From positions 100,846-164,845 of IMG/VR virus record IMGVR_UViG_3300025645_000038: 64,000 nt of DNA; one strand, written 5' to 3'. Made by a program: the position numbers and the translations under genes. Positions 37,689 through 48,325 of this stretch are shown here, in pieces; the stretch's first letter is position 1, and the number at the start of each line of letters is the position of its first letter. The stretch comes from a virus. The notes beneath the pieces are model-generated. The model was not told the origin of the DNA, made no database searches, and saw only the letters and a program-made list of their open reading frames with translations.

Positions 37689-38121
37689 ATTACCTTACAG
37701 TTGGAATAAAGTAAGTCCTGGTGATATAGTATCTTTCGTCTATGAAAATAGAGATGGTAGAAAACTTCGTAGAACTATATTAGTGTTAGACCCAAAGTTA
37801 AGAAACAGAGCTAAAAATCCATCAAGTCAGTATTTGGTTCATGGTATTCAGTTAGAGGTATCCAATCAACCAACATTAGTACAGATGAAAACTCTTTTAG
37901 AACAAGCTGGTGTAACAGAGATAGTCGATGAGAAAAAGAAGATATACAGAGTTCAGTTAGATGGTACTGCTAGACAGATTTACAAAAAGATGAGAACTAT
38001 AATAAATAAGTATGGTATCTACAGAAGTTATAATTATGATAAAGCTAGAAAAAGCTCGGTAACCTTAGAAGATTTAAGACTACCAACACAATTTGTACAA
38101 GAGTTAAAGAATGAAAATTAG
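37681..38121 (+). CDS. Hypothetical protein
   Basis: 146-aa coupled ORF. Confidence 0.7.
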   Translation: MAKLPYSWNKVSPGDIVSFVYENRDGRKLRRTILVLDPKLRNRAKNPSSQYLVHGIQLEVSNQPTLVQMKTLLEQAGVTEIVDEKKKIYRVQLDGTARQIYKKMRTIINKYGIYRSYNYDKARKSSVTLEDLRLPTQFVQELKNEN

Positions 38122-38758
38122 TTATGGCATTACAGTTCACAATGAAGCTGAAGAGCTACAGAAGTTATTAGAAGTATTAAATAAGAATATAGATAAAGAA
38201 GATGAGATAGTAGTTTGTGTAGATGGTGATGATGAAAAGGTAGAAGCTGTTTTGGGTGAATCATTGTCTAGTTGGCAGAATTACATTGTTTACAAAAGAA
38301 AACTTGATGGTAACTTTGCAGAACATAAAAATTCAGTTATAGAAAAAGCAAGTGGTGATTATGTATTTCATATTGATGCGGATGAATATCCAAATGAAAT
38401 ATTAATACAACAACTTAAAGAAATATTAGAGATAAACGAAGTTGATTTGATTTGGATACCAAGAGTGAATACAATCGAAGGTATGAAACAAGAACATGTA
38501 CAAAAATGGGGATGGAGAATTACAGGAAAAGGTTGGGTAAATTATCCTGATTATCAAGCTCGTGTATTTAGAAGAGATGAGTCTATAAGATGGACAAGAC
38601 CATTACATGAGTATATTAAAGGATGTAAGACATACGCTCATCTACCACCACATGAAGAGTTGAGTTTGTATCATCCAAAAACAATACAGAAGCAAGAAAA
38701 ACAAAATCTCTTTTACAATGAAAACTTTAGTAAAGAAATGAATGTGAGGAAACTTTGA
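38111..38758 (+). CDS. Glycosyltransferase family 2
   Basis: ISY.ITVHNE, F...KN, IDADE, YPDYQ.R, LHE. Confidence 0.88.
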   Translation: MKISYGITVHNEAEELQKLLEVLNKNIDKEDEIVVCVDGDDEKVEAVLGESLSSWQNYIVYKRKLDGNFAEHKNSVIEKASGDYVFHIDADEYPNEILIQQLKEILEINEVDLIWIPRVNTIEGMKQEHVQKWGWRITGKGWVNYPDYQARVFRRDESIRWTRPLHEYIKGCKTYAHLPPHEELSLYHPKTIQKQEKQNLFYNENFSKEMNVRKL

Positions 38759-39681
38759 TATTTTGGAGAGTATTAGATAATAATCTGTACACAGTAGGTA
38801 ATGTTGATAAACTTGGGTTTGAAAAATCTGAAGGTTTTAGAATACCAGATGAATACTTAGAAAAAAAAGAGTTCACAATTATGAGAACTGCTCATGGTGT
38901 TGGTGATTGGGGTATCATATCTGCTATGCCAAGACTAATAAAAGAAAAGTATCCAGACAGCAAAGTTTATGTACCATCTGTAAATTTACTTGAAAAATTA
39001 TTTGGTCAAATGAAATCTAATTGGGGAACTTGGGACAATCCTTTTAAAAATGTAGAATATATATTCGGTAATAATCCTTATGTTGATGGTTACAAAGATT
39101 ATATTATTGGTGAAATTTTTCATGACCATTACAGAATATATGACAAAGATAATAAGGGAATACCTTTGACTAAACAAATGTTAAAGTTTTGGCAGTTTGA
39201 AGAAGATGAGTATGTAAATTATTATCCGGAACTTTATTTTTCCAATCAAGAAATTGAAATGGGAGATGAGATTATAAACAGGTTTGTAGGCAATAATGAG
39301 TTTGGGGGTTTATTAATTACTAATAGATTTGAAAGTAGTGGTGGTAGATATGATGAAGAAAGTAATAAAATGTTAATGAATACACTTTTAGAAAAGTGTG
39401 GAGACTTGCCATTCTTTTATTGGACTTACAAAAAGCCAGAAGATTTACCGATTAGTTTCAATAAAGGTTTTGATTTAAGACATGTCCCTACTAGATTACA
39501 ATTGTATATAAGATCTAAAGCAAAATTAAATATCGGGACTCATTGTGGATTTTTAGATTGTGTGTCTAAATACTCAAAGGTGTTTCAGATACAAAGAGTA
39601 TTTCCATTAAATCAAAATATAATAGAAGCTGAGTATTATGTAAACAAGGAAAATTACAAGGAGCAAGTAGAGTATGTTTAA
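38755..39681 (+). CDS. GT9-like (heptosyltransferase-like) glycosyltransferase
   Basis: G.GD...SAMP..IK..YP, .NNPYVD, PELYFS, IG..SG-like (IGTHCG) motif. Confidence 0.55.
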   Translation: MIFWRVLDNNLYTVGNVDKLGFEKSEGFRIPDEYLEKKEFTIMRTAHGVGDWGIISAMPRLIKEKYPDSKVYVPSVNLLEKLFGQMKSNWGTWDNPFKNVEYIFGNNPYVDGYKDYIIGEIFHDHYRIYDKDNKGIPLTKQMLKFWQFEEDEYVNYYPELYFSNQEIEMGDEIINRFVGNNEFGGLLITNRFESSGGRYDEESNKMLMNTLLEKCGDLPFFYWTYKKPEDLPISFNKGFDLRHVPTRLQLYIRSKAKLNIGTHCGFLDCVSKYSKVFQIQRVFPLNQNIIEAEYYVNKENYKEQVEYV

Positions 39682-40852
39682 AGAATTTTTAGATTTAGGT
39701 AGACACCCAATAGCAAATGCATTTTTAAATGAAGAAGATTTTAAAGATGAGTTTCTATTTGATTTAAAAGTGTGTTGGGATGAGGAAACAAAGTTAGTAT
39801 CTATCAAAGAGTTTGTAGAGCCAGAGAAAATATTCAATGAGGACTATCCTTATAATACCTCTAATTCTTTTCCAATGATAGAACATTTTAAAAATACTGC
39901 TGAGATGTTGAAGATGAAATTCAAACCAAGTAAAGTTTTAGAGATAGGCTCTAACTCAGGTCCTTTTATAGAGAACTTTGATAAAGAAAATTCTGTATGT
40001 GTAGAACCATGTGGAAACTTTGCGAAAGCTACAGAGAATATGGGATATAAAACTCATGTAGATTTTTGGACAACCGATTTAGCTGATAAGATTGTAAAAG
40101 AAGATGGGTACATGGATTTAATATATGCAGCTAATTGTATCTGTCACATACACGACTTAGACGATACGTTTAAAGCTGTAAAGAATATCCTAAAGCCAAA
40201 TGGTGCTTTTGTATTTGAAGATCCGTCACTACTTAGAATACTGGAAAGAGGTTCATACGACCAAATATACGATGAACATCCTCATATATTTTCAGTAACT
40301 GCATTAGACAACTTGTTGAGAAGGAATGGATTACAAATATTTAAAGTAGACAATTTATCAGTACATGGTGGTTCTAATAGAATTTATGCTTGTCACTTTG
40401 ATGGTATTACAATCGGAGATAGTGTGAAGTTTAATCTAAATGAAGAGTCTATATTTGGTATAAATAACTTTCAGACTTATGAAATATTTGCTGAAAGGGT
40501 AGCTAACTCAAAAGAGAAATTGGTAAAATTACTGAAAGATTTGAAGAGTGATGGTAAGAAGATAATGAGTATAGGTGCTACAGCAAAGTCAACCACTGTC
40601 TTTAATTACTGTGGTATAGATAATAGTTTGATAGATGTTATAACAGATACTACGATAGATAAGCAAGGTAAGTGTTCACCAGGCATGCATATTCCTATTG
40701 TTGCTAGAGAGGACATAAACATACTTGATTATGATTATGTATATTTAGGAGCTTGGAATTTTAAAGATGTGATAGCTACAAAAGAAAAAGAGTTCGTAGA
40801 AAATGGTGGTAAATTTATAACTCATGTGCCGGATGTAATGGTGTTCTCATGA
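39674..40852 (+). CDS. NDP-hexose C-methyltransferase (TcaB9/EryBIII-like)
   Basis: FLDLG..P, LEIGSN.G, H..D, YDEH, HGGS, GATAKS, AWNF. Confidence 0.88.
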   Translation: MFKEFLDLGRHPIANAFLNEEDFKDEFLFDLKVCWDEETKLVSIKEFVEPEKIFNEDYPYNTSNSFPMIEHFKNTAEMLKMKFKPSKVLEIGSNSGPFIENFDKENSVCVEPCGNFAKATENMGYKTHVDFWTTDLADKIVKEDGYMDLIYAANCICHIHDLDDTFKAVKNILKPNGAFVFEDPSLLRILERGSYDQIYDEHPHIFSVTALDNLLRRNGLQIFKVDNLSVHGGSNRIYACHFDGITIGDSVKFNLNEESIFGINNFQTYEIFAERVANSKEKLVKLLKDLKSDGKKIMSIGATAKSTTVFNYCGIDNSLIDVITDTTIDKQGKCSPGMHIPIVAREDINILDYDYVYLGAWNFKDVIATKEKEFVENGGKFITHVPDVMVFS

Positions 40853-41547
40853 TTTTAGTTAGTGGCAGTGGTAGGTTAGCTAAAGAGTTGGAAGAATTAT
40901 CTAACGATTCTTTACCAATAAGAATACTTTCAAGAAGAGAAATGGATATTACCGATGAACATCGTGTTTCTGAAGTAATTAAAACTTATATGATGAAACC
41001 TGATTATCCTAAGTATTTTATACATACAGCTGCTTTAACTAAACCTATGGAAGTTAATGATAGAAATCCATTAATGAGTATGGACACCAACATAGTTGGT
41101 ACTGCTAATGTGGCTAGAATATGTGATAAGTATGGTATAAAATTTATCTACATATCAACAGATTTTGTTTACGGAGATTCAAATTTAGTTGATGAAGAGA
41201 GTGAAGTAAAACCATCAAACAATTATGGATGGTCTAAATTAGGTGGTGAATGTGTCACAAGACTTATACCAAACTCTTTGATATTGAGATGTTCTTTATG
41301 TGATATACCTTTCAGACACAATGTTGCATTTGATGATGTCTATAGAAATTCAATAACACATAAGGATGTTGCTAATATTATAGTAAAAGTAAAAGAAGAG
41401 ATTGGGGTTATAAATGTTGGTGGTGAATATCAAAGTGTGTATGATTTTGTATCTAAACATCAAGATGTGAAGAAAGGGAGTGGTTCTGATATAGCGCCAT
41501 CATTACATCTTTTAACAGGTAAACTAATGAGTATAGTAAATGAATAA
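40849..41547 (+). CDS. RmlD-like NDP-4-keto-sugar reductase
   Basis: SG.G.L, H.AA, YISTDFVY, P.N.YG.SK. Confidence 0.82.
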   Translation: MILVSGSGRLAKELEELSNDSLPIRILSRREMDITDEHRVSEVIKTYMMKPDYPKYFIHTAALTKPMEVNDRNPLMSMDTNIVGTANVARICDKYGIKFIYISTDFVYGDSNLVDEESEVKPSNNYGWSKLGGECVTRLIPNSLILRCSLCDIPFRHNVAFDDVYRNSITHKDVANIIVKVKEEIGVINVGGEYQSVYDFVSKHQDVKKGSGSDIAPSLHLLTGKLMSIVNE

Positions 41548-43222
41548 AAAAGTAATATACACATCAGTATTTGGTTGTACAGAAGAAAACAATTACCATC
41601 TACATAAGCCTGATGTTGACTTGAGTGGTTGGGATTTCATATGTTTTACAGACAATCCAAATTTTAAGTCTGATTTATGGGATGTTAAATTAGTGAAACC
41701 ACTTTATGATGATAACGCCAGAAATGCTAAAAGATATAAATTAAAACCACATTTGTTTCTGAAAGATTACGATGTGAGTGTTTGGCATGATATAGAAGTT
41801 AAGATTACAAAAGATATAGATGAGATAGTAGATAAAATGCTATCTAATAACAATCTTGCTATACTAAATCATGAGTTGTGTGGTAGAAGTGTGTCCGGAA
41901 ATCTTAACGTAAGAAAGTGTGTATATGAAGAAGCTAGATTTATACAATGGTTAGGTGACAATAATCCTAAGAAAATATATAAAGATAATATGGATATAAT
42001 TCATGCTCAAGTAGATAGGTATAGAAAAGATGGTTACCCTGAAAATAATGGTTTAGCCAGAACTACTGTTATGTTTATGAAACATAATGAAGAAGATGTA
42101 AAACAACAGATGAATAGGTGGTGGGAAGAAATGAAATATGGTAGTAGAAGAGACCAAATAAGTTTTAACTACAGCGCTTGGAAAAATAAATTTAATTTTT
42201 CTTACATACAAGAAGATATAGATGATAATCCTTACTTTCTTTACATGAAAAAGTGGAGACAAATTAAAAGAAAAGAGATGAGGAACAATCGTATAGATGC
42301 TGCTCCAATATCATTTGATTACTTTATGAATATGGAAATAGCTAATGGTGGTGGTGGAAAAGAAATAATTAAACAAAATGGTAAACTAAAAACTGTAAAA
42401 GATGTCTGTATGTTTTACTCTGTTCCTGGTAATCTTAAAACAGTAAGAGATAGATTGAATCCTAACAACTGGCAATACTTTAATTGTATGGTAGCAGAGT
42501 TTAGAAAAGATGTTGGAGACCATCATGAATTGGGATGGGATAACATGACAGAGGATTATTACAATTCTTTAGAAATGATGACAGATGAAGAGTTAGAAAT
42601 ATTTTTAAAAAACAATCCTGTTGAATTTGATAATGGTTTTATCAGACATAGTTATCATAGGGCTTGTGCGATGATTGGTAGATTGATAAATGGAAAATCT
42701 TACATACCATTTTATATGAAAAAATCACAAATATATGATGAACCAAGAAAGCATGATGGTATGTCTAGGGTAGAACCTTTAATAAATAATGTAAAAGGTT
42801 TATCTAATATTACAATACCATCTGGTGAGTTTACTGTATGCCAATCTGGAATACTAGCGTTGATGGGTATTAGAGATAATGATGATGTGGATATTATAAT
42901 ATCTACAGAAGCTAGAAATCAGTTATTTGAAGGTAACATTAATTTTATTAGAACTAATGGTGCAGAAATATTCGAACCAAACAGAGGTAAGTTTAGAATA
43001 TTTGATGCTCAAGGTGATGATGATTTAATAGATAACTACAGCTTCAAAGTAAATGGCTACAACTTTTTAGAACCAAGATTTTATTTCAGTAGAAAGAACA
43101 AATATACTGATAGAGACAAATCAGATTGGGAAGGTATAAGAAAGTTTTTTAAGATGAAAAGTTATTTAGGATACCCTTTCAATCAACTTACTGAAGAACA
43201 ATGGGGAGTGCAATACATATGA
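41540..43222 (+). CDS. DUF616-type glycosyltransferase fused to extra C-terminal domains
   Basis: VIYT..FG, CFTD, K..PH, C.Y.EA, RDQISF; later HSYHR and SG.LA..GIR..DD.D motifs. Confidence 0.7.
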   Translation: MNKKVIYTSVFGCTEENNYHLHKPDVDLSGWDFICFTDNPNFKSDLWDVKLVKPLYDDNARNAKRYKLKPHLFLKDYDVSVWHDIEVKITKDIDEIVDKMLSNNNLAILNHELCGRSVSGNLNVRKCVYEEARFIQWLGDNNPKKIYKDNMDIIHAQVDRYRKDGYPENNGLARTTVMFMKHNEEDVKQQMNRWWEEMKYGSRRDQISFNYSAWKNKFNFSYIQEDIDDNPYFLYMKKWRQIKRKEMRNNRIDAAPISFDYFMNMEIANGGGGKEIIKQNGKLKTVKDVCMFYSVPGNLKTVRDRLNPNNWQYFNCMVAEFRKDVGDHHELGWDNMTEDYYNSLEMMTDEELEIFLKNNPVEFDNGFIRHSYHRACAMIGRLINGKSYIPFYMKKSQIYDEPRKHDGMSRVEPLINNVKGLSNITIPSGEFTVCQSGILALMGIRDNDDVDIIISTEARNQLFEGNINFIRTNGAEIFEPNRGKFRIFDAQGDDDLIDNYSFKVNGYNFLEPRFYFSRKNKYTDRDKSDWEGIRKFFKMKSYLGYPFNQLTEEQWGVQYI

Positions 43223-43986
43223 AAAATATAGTATTTATTCCTAACATAGATTTAGGTAATGGTAGAAGTAATAACTATTCCTATTGTATTAAGAGTTGGA
43301 AATATTGGTGTGATAGAAACGATTGTGAACTTTTGTTACTAGAAGACTTACTCGTTCCTGTAGAACAAATGAAAATTACATGGCAACGTTATTATGTGTT
43401 TGATATTTTAGATAATAGTGACATAGATTACAATCAAGTATTAGTCGTTGACGCTGACACGATAGTACATCCTGATTGTCCTAACTTTTTTGATGAAACT
43501 GATGGTAAGTATGCGGCTGTAATGAATGATGGTGATTATGAGTGGGTAAATAAAAGTATATCACAATATGGTCTTAAGTTTTTTGGAAAGGATTCATTCC
43601 CAACTTGGAGATATGTAAATGGTGGTTTTCAAATATTTAACAAATCGCATAAAGAATATCTAAAGGGACTAACAGATTGGTATAACAAAAACACCACAGA
43701 GTTAAATCAAGTTTTTGGTAAGTGGAACTCTACAGACCAAACTTGTATAAACTTTTACAGAGAAGAACAAAAGCTTCCAATGACGATACTACCACCATGT
43801 TATAACTTACAAGATATATCGAGAAAAAACCTAATGTATTGGCATCCACAACATTGGTGGACAGATGAATTACATTACTTAAAAAATGGTTGGGTTTATC
43901 ACTTCAATGCTATACCTCAAAATCAAATGGGTAGGGATGCCAACTATTGGATAAAAAGAACTTATGAGGAGTTGTACAATGTGTAG
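43219..43986 (+). CDS. GT-A glycosyltransferase (GT8 / nucleotide-diphospho-sugar transferase-like)
   Basis: VDAD, Y.NGG, DQT..N, YHF; start placed at MKNIVF (SD GGAG). Confidence 0.75.
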   Translation: MKNIVFIPNIDLGNGRSNNYSYCIKSWKYWCDRNDCELLLLEDLLVPVEQMKITWQRYYVFDILDNSDIDYNQVLVVDADTIVHPDCPNFFDETDGKYAAVMNDGDYEWVNKSISQYGLKFFGKDSFPTWRYVNGGFQIFNKSHKEYLKGLTDWYNKNTTELNQVFGKWNSTDQTCINFYREEQKLPMTILPPCYNLQDISRKNLMYWHPQHWWTDELHYLKNGWVYHFNAIPQNQMGRDANYWIKRTYEELYNV

Positions 43987-45331
43987 TATATTGTGTACAA
44001 GTAAAGACATAAAAGACTATGATGATATAAATTATTATTTAAAGTTTAGAGGACCTGATGATACATCAATTGTAAAAGATGAAGTAAATAATTTTACATT
44101 TTTACATAACCTATTAAGTATGACTGGCAAATTTACGACTCAACCTTTTCAAGAAGATGGTATTATTTGTCTGTACAACGGTGAGATATATAATTACAAA
44201 GATTTTGGAGATTACGAAAGTGATGGTTATTGTATTATAGATTTGTACAAAGAGTATGGTGTTGATTTTGTCAAAAAATTAGATGGTGAATTTGCTATAG
44301 TTCTTTTAGATTTTCATAATGATTTAATACTGATGGTTACAGACCCATTCAAAACCAAACCATTATTTTATTCAAATGCTGATGGTCATTTTGGTTGTTC
44401 TACTTACAGAACTGCTTTAGATAAGGTTAACCATAGAGATGTAAAGAAAGCTAAACCTAATACGGCTATGATTTTTAAGATATCAGATGCTAGCTATGTA
44501 AGAGAGTTTACTGTATGTGAGTTTGATTTAAATCAACACAAAGATACTTTTGATGATTGGACTAAATCATTTGAAAATTCTATTTTTAAAAGAACTCGTG
44601 ATACTACACAGAATATATTTATAGGTTTAAGTTCTGGATACGATAGTGGAGCTATATGTTGTGAACTTTTAAAACAAAGTGTTCCATTTAAATCTTATAG
44701 TGTTTTGACTCCTGTTATCGTTCATGAAAATGTTCGTATAGTAGAAGATAGGCAGAAGCTAATATCTCAAAGCGGTATATCTTCTTACCATAATTTTATG
44801 AAAGACCAAGATATTAGAGTTCAACATAGAAATTTTATAAAAAGTGGGACAGAGGAGTTTTACTATACTATAAAATCTGATACTAGTAGTTATAATGAGT
44901 ATGACAGAAGACTCATAGATGATAAAGCTGCTTCGTGGATGTCTTGGGTTTGTGATACTGCTAAAAAAGAAAACAATAAATTGTATTTAACAGGTATGGG
45001 AGCTGATGAAATATTTTCAGATTATGGATTCGGTGGTATTAAGAAAACTCAACATAGTAACTTCGGTGGTTTGTTTCCAAAAGATTTGTCTACTGTATTT
45101 CCTTGGGCTAGTTTTTATTATAGTAGCATGGAATCTTATTTAGCTAAAGAAGAATATGTCGCGGGGTTACATGGTTTGGAAGCTAGATATCCCTTTCTTG
45201 ACAGAGATGTAGTTCAAGAATTTTTATGGTTGACTTCTGATTTAAAAAATAGTAGTTACAAGTCGGTATTGGATAATTATTTTACAGAAAATAGTTTTCC
45301 TTTTTCAAGAGGGGAGAAGAAAGGTTTCTAA
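43979..45331 (+). CDS. Asparagine synthetase-like glutamine amidotransferase
   Basis: N-terminal MC, RGPD, QP, NGEIYN, LDGEFA, LSSGYDS, G.GADE, E.RYPFLD. Confidence 0.9.
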   Translation: MCSILCTSKDIKDYDDINYYLKFRGPDDTSIVKDEVNNFTFLHNLLSMTGKFTTQPFQEDGIICLYNGEIYNYKDFGDYESDGYCIIDLYKEYGVDFVKKLDGEFAIVLLDFHNDLILMVTDPFKTKPLFYSNADGHFGCSTYRTALDKVNHRDVKKAKPNTAMIFKISDASYVREFTVCEFDLNQHKDTFDDWTKSFENSIFKRTRDTTQNIFIGLSSGYDSGAICCELLKQSVPFKSYSVLTPVIVHENVRIVEDRQKLISQSGISSYHNFMKDQDIRVQHRNFIKSGTEEFYYTIKSDTSSYNEYDRRLIDDKAASWMSWVCDTAKKENNKLYLTGMGADEIFSDYGFGGIKKTQHSNFGGLFPKDLSTVFPWASFYYSSMESYLAKEEYVAGLHGLEARYPFLDRDVVQEFLWLTSDLKNSSYKSVLDNYFTENSFPFSRGEKKGF

Positions 45332-46146
45332 TGATAAAAGCAGAAAATAAACAAATTCATAAATCCGTATCTATTGGAGAAAATGTTTCTATAGAGTGTG
45401 AAAGTGTAAAGATAGGAAAGTACTCAAAGATAGGAAACAACGTAAAGATAAGATGTAAAGAACTTATCATAGGTGACCATCTGTATATGGCTGATAATGT
45501 TGAGATAGGTAGGGGTGGCTGTACTAATCCTGAATCAGTTGTTAAGATAGGTAATGGTGTTGGTATATTTGAGAACACTATAATAAATCCAAACTCATCT
45601 GTTGAGATAGGGGACAACACAGGAATAGGAGCAGAGGTAATGATATGGACTCATGGAGCTTGGTTAGACATTACCCAAGGATTTCCATCAGACTTCGGTC
45701 CTGTAAAAATAGGTAAGAATGTTTGGTTGCCAGCTAGAAGTATAGTTTTACCTAATGTAACAATAGGTGACAATGTAGTTGTGGGTATAAACTCAATCGT
45801 AAACAGAAGTTTGCCTGATGGTAGTTTAGCTGCTGGTTTACCCTGTAAAGTTATCAAGGAGAATATGTATCCTAAAAAACTTAGTGATGAACAGATAAAA
45901 GAAATGGTGGAAGGTATTATTTCAGATTGGTTAGAGTTGATAAAATATAAAGGTGTGACCAGAACTGTAAAAATTAGTTATGATAATAATAAAATAATTT
46001 TGAATCAAGGATACGAACAGACTATTTATAATATAAGAGATAAGACTGTAGAAGGTGAAGTCAACATAGTATCAGAGGACTTGAGAGATTATCTAAGAAG
46101 AAGAGGTATAAAAATATACGCAGATAGGTTTTTTAAATCAATATGA
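45331..46146 (+). CDS. Hexapeptide-repeat acyltransferase
   Basis: IG..V.I repeats, IWTH, V.IG.NVW, AG.P.K.I. Confidence 0.9.
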   Translation: MIKAENKQIHKSVSIGENVSIECESVKIGKYSKIGNNVKIRCKELIIGDHLYMADNVEIGRGGCTNPESVVKIGNGVGIFENTIINPNSSVEIGDNTGIGAEVMIWTHGAWLDITQGFPSDFGPVKIGKNVWLPARSIVLPNVTIGDNVVVGINSIVNRSLPDGSLAAGLPCKVIKENMYPKKLSDEQIKEMVEGIISDWLELIKYKGVTRTVKISYDNNKIILNQGYEQTIYNIRDKTVEGEVNIVSEDLRDYLRRRGIKIYADRFFKSI

Positions 46147-46772
46147 AATTCTTAAATTTAAATAAAGTATTATGTTTATCAGCTCATCCAGATGATGTTG
46201 AGTATGGTGTTTTGGGTTCAATGATAAAGTTTGGAGACACACAATTTGATGTGGTCGTACTTTCAAATGGTGGTGATTTTGATGTGACTACAGGCAACTC
46301 AAGGTTTGAGGAGTGTCGTTGGATTTGGAATCAGCTTGATGGTGTAAATGGTACTTGTTTGGATTTTACTTGTGTTAGAGATAGTTCAGAAGACTTTTGG
46401 GTTAATCATCTTGAAAATAATTTTGATATAAAAAGTTATGATGCAATATTATCTTTACCAGAATATGACTCACACTTTGAACATAGAAAGGTAAATAATA
46501 TATCCAAAGCTCTACTACGAGGAGTTAATGTGGGACTTATTACATACAGAACTCCATCCACATTGGAACAATGGATACCAAATTATTATACTGAATTGAG
46601 AAACGAGCTGATGGAATCTAAAATAGATATACTTAGAGATGGGTTTGATTCTCAGAAAGATAAGTTATATTTTCAAAGACAAAGAATAAAAGATTTTCAT
46701 ATCAATTACCAATGTTCAAAAGTTGGAGTAAGTTATGTTGAACAATTTAAAGTAGAGAGGTTATTTGGATGA
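46143..46772 (+). CDS. PIG-L/LmbE family N-acetyl deacetylase
   Basis: AHPDD.E.G, R..E, D.H..H. Confidence 0.85.
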   Translation: MKFLNLNKVLCLSAHPDDVEYGVLGSMIKFGDTQFDVVVLSNGGDFDVTTGNSRFEECRWIWNQLDGVNGTCLDFTCVRDSSEDFWVNHLENNFDIKSYDAILSLPEYDSHFEHRKVNNISKALLRGVNVGLITYRTPSTLEQWIPNYYTELRNELMESKIDILRDGFDSQKDKLYFQRQRIKDFHINYQCSKVGVSYVEQFKVERLFG

Positions 46773-47320
46773 ACACTGCTTTAGTCGTTGTGGATGCTTG
46801 GAACACTTCAAAATCATCCTTACATAAAGAAAAACCAATGTGGGATAAAGATGTTAAAGATAATGTGAAGAGCTTTTCAAATTTTATTAATTATGTTTGT
46901 AGAGTTGAGAGAAAGAAAAATACAACGATAGTACATAGTTTTGGTATGGATGTACAAACGGCTGATGTATACGATAGAAATCTATCAGCTATTACCATTG
47001 ATAAAAAAGACGAAGTGACAAACTCTCTTGAGTTAGGAAAAGTTATTGAAAACATGGATGAGATATTCTTTTGTGGTTTTCATTTTGGAAAATGTGTTCA
47101 AATGCACATGAAAATGTCAAATAAATACCTCTCTCAGAGTAACAATATACTACATACTAAAAATAAAAATATAGCTTTAAATTTGTGTATGATATTACCA
47201 TTCAATCAAGAGCCTGGTTTTAATCCTAGAAACTCTTGGAAATTTGAAATTCGTGAGGAATATTACAGGTATTTTATGTGGTCTCCTTGGAAGTTTGAAC
47301 AGATTTTAGGAAGAGGATAA
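46769..47320 (+). CDS. Isochorismatase-like cysteine hydrolase
   Basis: ALVVVDAW and FCGFH.G.CV motifs. Confidence 0.5.
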   Translation: MNTALVVVDAWNTSKSSLHKEKPMWDKDVKDNVKSFSNFINYVCRVERKKNTTIVHSFGMDVQTADVYDRNLSAITIDKKDEVTNSLELGKVIENMDEIFFCGFHFGKCVQMHMKMSNKYLSQSNNILHTKNKNIALNLCMILPFNQEPGFNPRNSWKFEIREEYYRYFMWSPWKFEQILGRG

Positions 47321-48297
47321 TGAAGATAGGATTCTTTTCAGAGGCTGGATACGAAGGTAAAGTACCAAGAAACCATCCTAACATGAGAACGGATGTTGCT
47401 TGGGTTTGCGCTTTAGATGCAACACATCATCCAATACCAACACTACAAAATTTACCTAATAATTTATATGATGTTGGTATTATGATAATACCAAAAAAGA
47501 GAGAAAGATTACTTAACTATCCTTTGCTAGAACAATATCGTAGAGTTTGTAAAAAGGTTACAGTTATGCAAGAGAGTTACTACAATTACTGGCAAGATAG
47601 TGAAATAGCTGAACAAATTTGGTACTTCAATTTTATTACAGAGATGGATTTAATATTTTGTCATAATGATGTGGACTTATCATATTATAGTGGTCTGACA
47701 AACGTTAGAACTGAATTACTACCATCATTGATGATAACAGATGGTATAGTCAGAAGAGCGGATAAGTTAGTTGACCATTACAATGACATAGAATCAACTT
47801 TCAGTCATATTCAGCGTGACATAATAATTGGTGGTAATTGGGTAAGAGATTATGGTGGATTTGATTCTTATCAAGTTGGGTTAGAGATTAGTGATGATAT
47901 TACTGCAGTAACTACAGGCAGAATGAAACCTGAAGAAGAACAAGTAATGAAACATTTACCTTGGATGTTATGGAAAGAGTGGATAAATACTTTGAGTAAC
48001 TTTAAGTATGGTATACAATTAGGCACAGCAGCCGCTGGTACATTTAATCTTAATTGTAGTTTTCATGGTATACCTTGTATTGCATACTCAAACTCAAACA
48101 CTCAAAATATTTTACATCCATTAACCACAGTTGAACTTGGTGATATGGATAAAGCTAAACATATAGCTAAGAAGCTGAAGAATGATAAATTTTATAATTT
48201 GTGCTCAGATACTACATTGAAGAGGTACGACTTATACTATTCAGAATCCAAGTTTATTGAAAATACACAAAGAATTTTTAGTACTTTAGTAAATTAG
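47320..48297 (+). CDS. Putative GT-B glycosyltransferase
   Basis: MKIGFFSE start, AAGTF.LNC...GIPCI C-terminal motif; island context. Confidence 0.5.
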   Translation: MKIGFFSEAGYEGKVPRNHPNMRTDVAWVCALDATHHPIPTLQNLPNNLYDVGIMIIPKKRERLLNYPLLEQYRRVCKKVTVMQESYYNYWQDSEIAEQIWYFNFITEMDLIFCHNDVDLSYYSGLTNVRTELLPSLMITDGIVRRADKLVDHYNDIESTFSHIQRDIIIGGNWVRDYGGFDSYQVGLEISDDITAVTTGRMKPEEEQVMKHLPWMLWKEWINTLSNFKYGIQLGTAAAGTFNLNCSFHGIPCIAYSNSNTQNILHPLTTVELGDMDKAKHIAKKLKNDKFYNLCSDTTLKRYDLYYSESKFIENTQRIFSTLVN

Positions 48298-48300
48298 TAT

Positions 48301-48309
48301 ATACTTATA
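48301..48309 (+). promoter_or_regulatory. Putative phage promoter motif (ATACTTATA)
   Basis: Recurring motif at the head of the HAD-cupin-NTase-GmhA-transketolase block. Confidence 0.55.
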
Positions 48310-48325
48310 TATAGGAATAAAAGTT

